A stretch of 63,338 bases of DNA, the filler included, from Basidiobolus ranarum (taxonomy: Eukaryota): the NCBI GenBank assembly GCA_040143965.1. It is 30 parts of 30 records of this genome, joined end to end, with 100 filler letters (N's around TTAATTAATTAA, not from the genome) between each part and the next. Parts side by side here need not be neighbours in the genome. Positions count along the whole stretch, not along the records: positions 61,332 to 63,338 come from JASJQH010003932.1; 29 more parts are not named here. One strand, written 5' to 3'. A program made the translations under genes and the position numbers. Below are positions 61,540 to 63,338 of this stretch, piece by piece. The first letter of the stretch is position 1. Each line of letters starts with the position of its first letter. The notes under the pieces are model-generated. The model was not told the DNA's origin, did not search any database, and saw only the letters and a list, made by a program, of their open reading frames with translations.

Positions 61540-62711
61540 GTTAATTTGGATTCCAAGATGGTACATCTGTTCATCAAGATCAGTAATTTTGAATTCAGCA
61601 GATAAGCTGGATATGGTTCTCTCTTAAGTCTTTAAGTTTTTGGTTGCTATAATAAGGTATCTATTTATAAGGCTAAAAGAGCTGAGTTTGTCTTATCTGC
61701 CCTGAAGTAGGTATTATAGTCAGCTTTACTCTTTTGGAATTTGAGTGTTTCCAAAAAAGCATCTATTTTGCTAATCAAGGATCTGGAGATTGTTTTAAGC
61801 CATAGTATGTTTTCAGAGTTGACAGACTTACTTACGGTTTTCTGAGCTAGGCTTGTCTTATGTGAACTGATGTACACACTATAGTTAACATTACTTTTTA
61901 GGGCTTTCTGGGTCCACAAATCTATATGGCTGGTCCACAGAGTTCTCCTCAGCAAGCTAATCATTCAAAAAAGCAGTTTCAACATCTGTTTGATATGTAA
62001 TAAACTGATATTTAGCTGGAATTGCTAAAATCAGTCTAAATGAATTAGACTTTGCTACACCTAACATGCCTTCATAGCAGTTTTAGCTCTAGAACATTGA
62101 ATTAGTAATTTGTCTTTAACATTTAGACAAATTGTGTTAAAGGCACATTCTTCTTTTTTAACCCAGAGTAAAACTTTGGTTTTATATATTTTGCATTGTT
62201 TTCTTCTCCTGTAACAGTGTCCCAGTGTCATTTTTCTTGCAGCAGCATTTTCATTTTAATTTTGCAAACCTGATAAATGGTTCCAACTAATTCCTCAAGA
62301 AGGAAAAATTCCATAAATTTGAGAAGTATACATTACCAAGAGTGGAAGCTTGGGACTCATAACTGGTTAAAGTATTTGTGGGCTTGTTCAAAGCGGTTTG
62401 GAGAATTAGAGAAATTGGTGGCTCTCACTTATGGTTTTACTGAGTAAAAAGTTTATATTTATAATTTGTCAAGATATAAGTAAATTAAATTGTACAATGT
62501 GTTAAGGAATGTCCCAGGAACAAGTGTGCAAAGTCTGTTGCTTCTAGCACAAGTTTGAAAAATCTACATATATGACAACTTCTAAGTTGGTATAAACATA
62601 GCAAGTAATATCTGATTGAGAATAATGGGTAATAACTTGGTAAGTTAAAAGATAGCATAATACTAAGCTATATATGACTTTATTGGTTCTTAAGCAATGC
62701 TAATTTAAACG
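61540..62711 (-). mobile_element. Deleted copia: LTR B (62711-62364), PBS GTTATGAGTCCC, gag start, RT remnant
   Basis: LTR homologous to 44461..44672; gag ..KIKMKMLLQEK*HWDTVTG; RT LKTISRS..FLETLKFQKSKADY. Confidence 0.82.
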
Positions 62712-63338
62712 GCAACATCCCCTGAATTCTCCTTTACCCAGGCCAGAATTGTAATGAATGGACTTAGGCATCTAAGTACACCAATGCTGTGTATGGTACA
62801 TTCACATTCTTTGCATATCATATAAAAGTAGAGTGGCTGAAAATAAGTCTGCTACTTATATATATAGATCAGTAGAAAGGCAGTGATCAAGGAGTGGCAC
62901 TACCTGCTTGAATTCTATCTGATGTGAGCCTATTTTATTTAACCTGGCTTTATAAATGCTTGAAGCAGAAAAGCCTGCAATGGGTGAGATAGACTACTAG
63001 CTATATCTTTGATATGCCTATTGCTTTTATATTTCCTTCCTTAATGCCTACAAACCTGGATTTTAGTGCATCATACATTTAGTTTCTCTGGCCTTCCTTC
63101 CCTTTTACTACTACTTGTATTGGGAAAATATGGGCTGTTTGGAGGAACTTTAGAAAAGTGGAGTTGTGAATAGCTTTGTGAGATAATTATTTATTGACCA
63201 GAAATTAAGCATTTATACATTTTGGTAGAAATACAGAAAACTAACACTGGGGTTGTGTTCAGAACATCTGTGGGAGTAAAATGAGCTATCTTTGGGGCAA
63301 TTTGGACGAGTTTGAAATTTCCAATATGTAATTGCTAA

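Overview
This is not one locus. It is 30 unrelated contigs of about 2.0 kb, sorted by decreasing length (2024 to 2007 bp) and joined by an artificial 100-bp linker (44 N + TTAATTAATTAA + 44 N), so neighbourhood arguments hold only within a contig. The DNA is from a repeat-rich fungus, probably an early-diverging lineage. That assignment is inferred from short GT-AG introns, a GT10 fucosyltransferase and an AA11/CBM19-type gene. About 22 contigs are decayed, nested, strongly CpG-depleted transposons: several Ty1/copia families, a Ty3/gypsy (chromovirus-like) gag-pol, many pieces of one roughly 5-kb CMC/EnSpm (Tnp2) DNA transposon with a divergent second ORF, and a Harbinger/ISL2EU-type transposase. 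About 8 contigs are host DNA, mostly with ordinary CpG content, carrying gene fragments: a PAS/GAF histidine kinase, glutamate 5-kinase, a GT10 fucosyltransferase, a CAP protein, an AtrA/TdiA-like NRPS pseudogene, tandem AA11-like LPMO genes, tandem Cys-patterned secreted proteins and tRNA-Thr(CGT). The best structural signals are a Tf1-style self-priming LTR, Ty5-style half-tRNA priming sites that also supply the gag ATG, the reconstructable bidirectional CMC element, and direct evidence of TE-focused CpG deamination. I cannot demonstrate a wholly new biological system; these are candidate new families using mostly known mechanisms. All family calls come from motif recognition by eye, with no database search.
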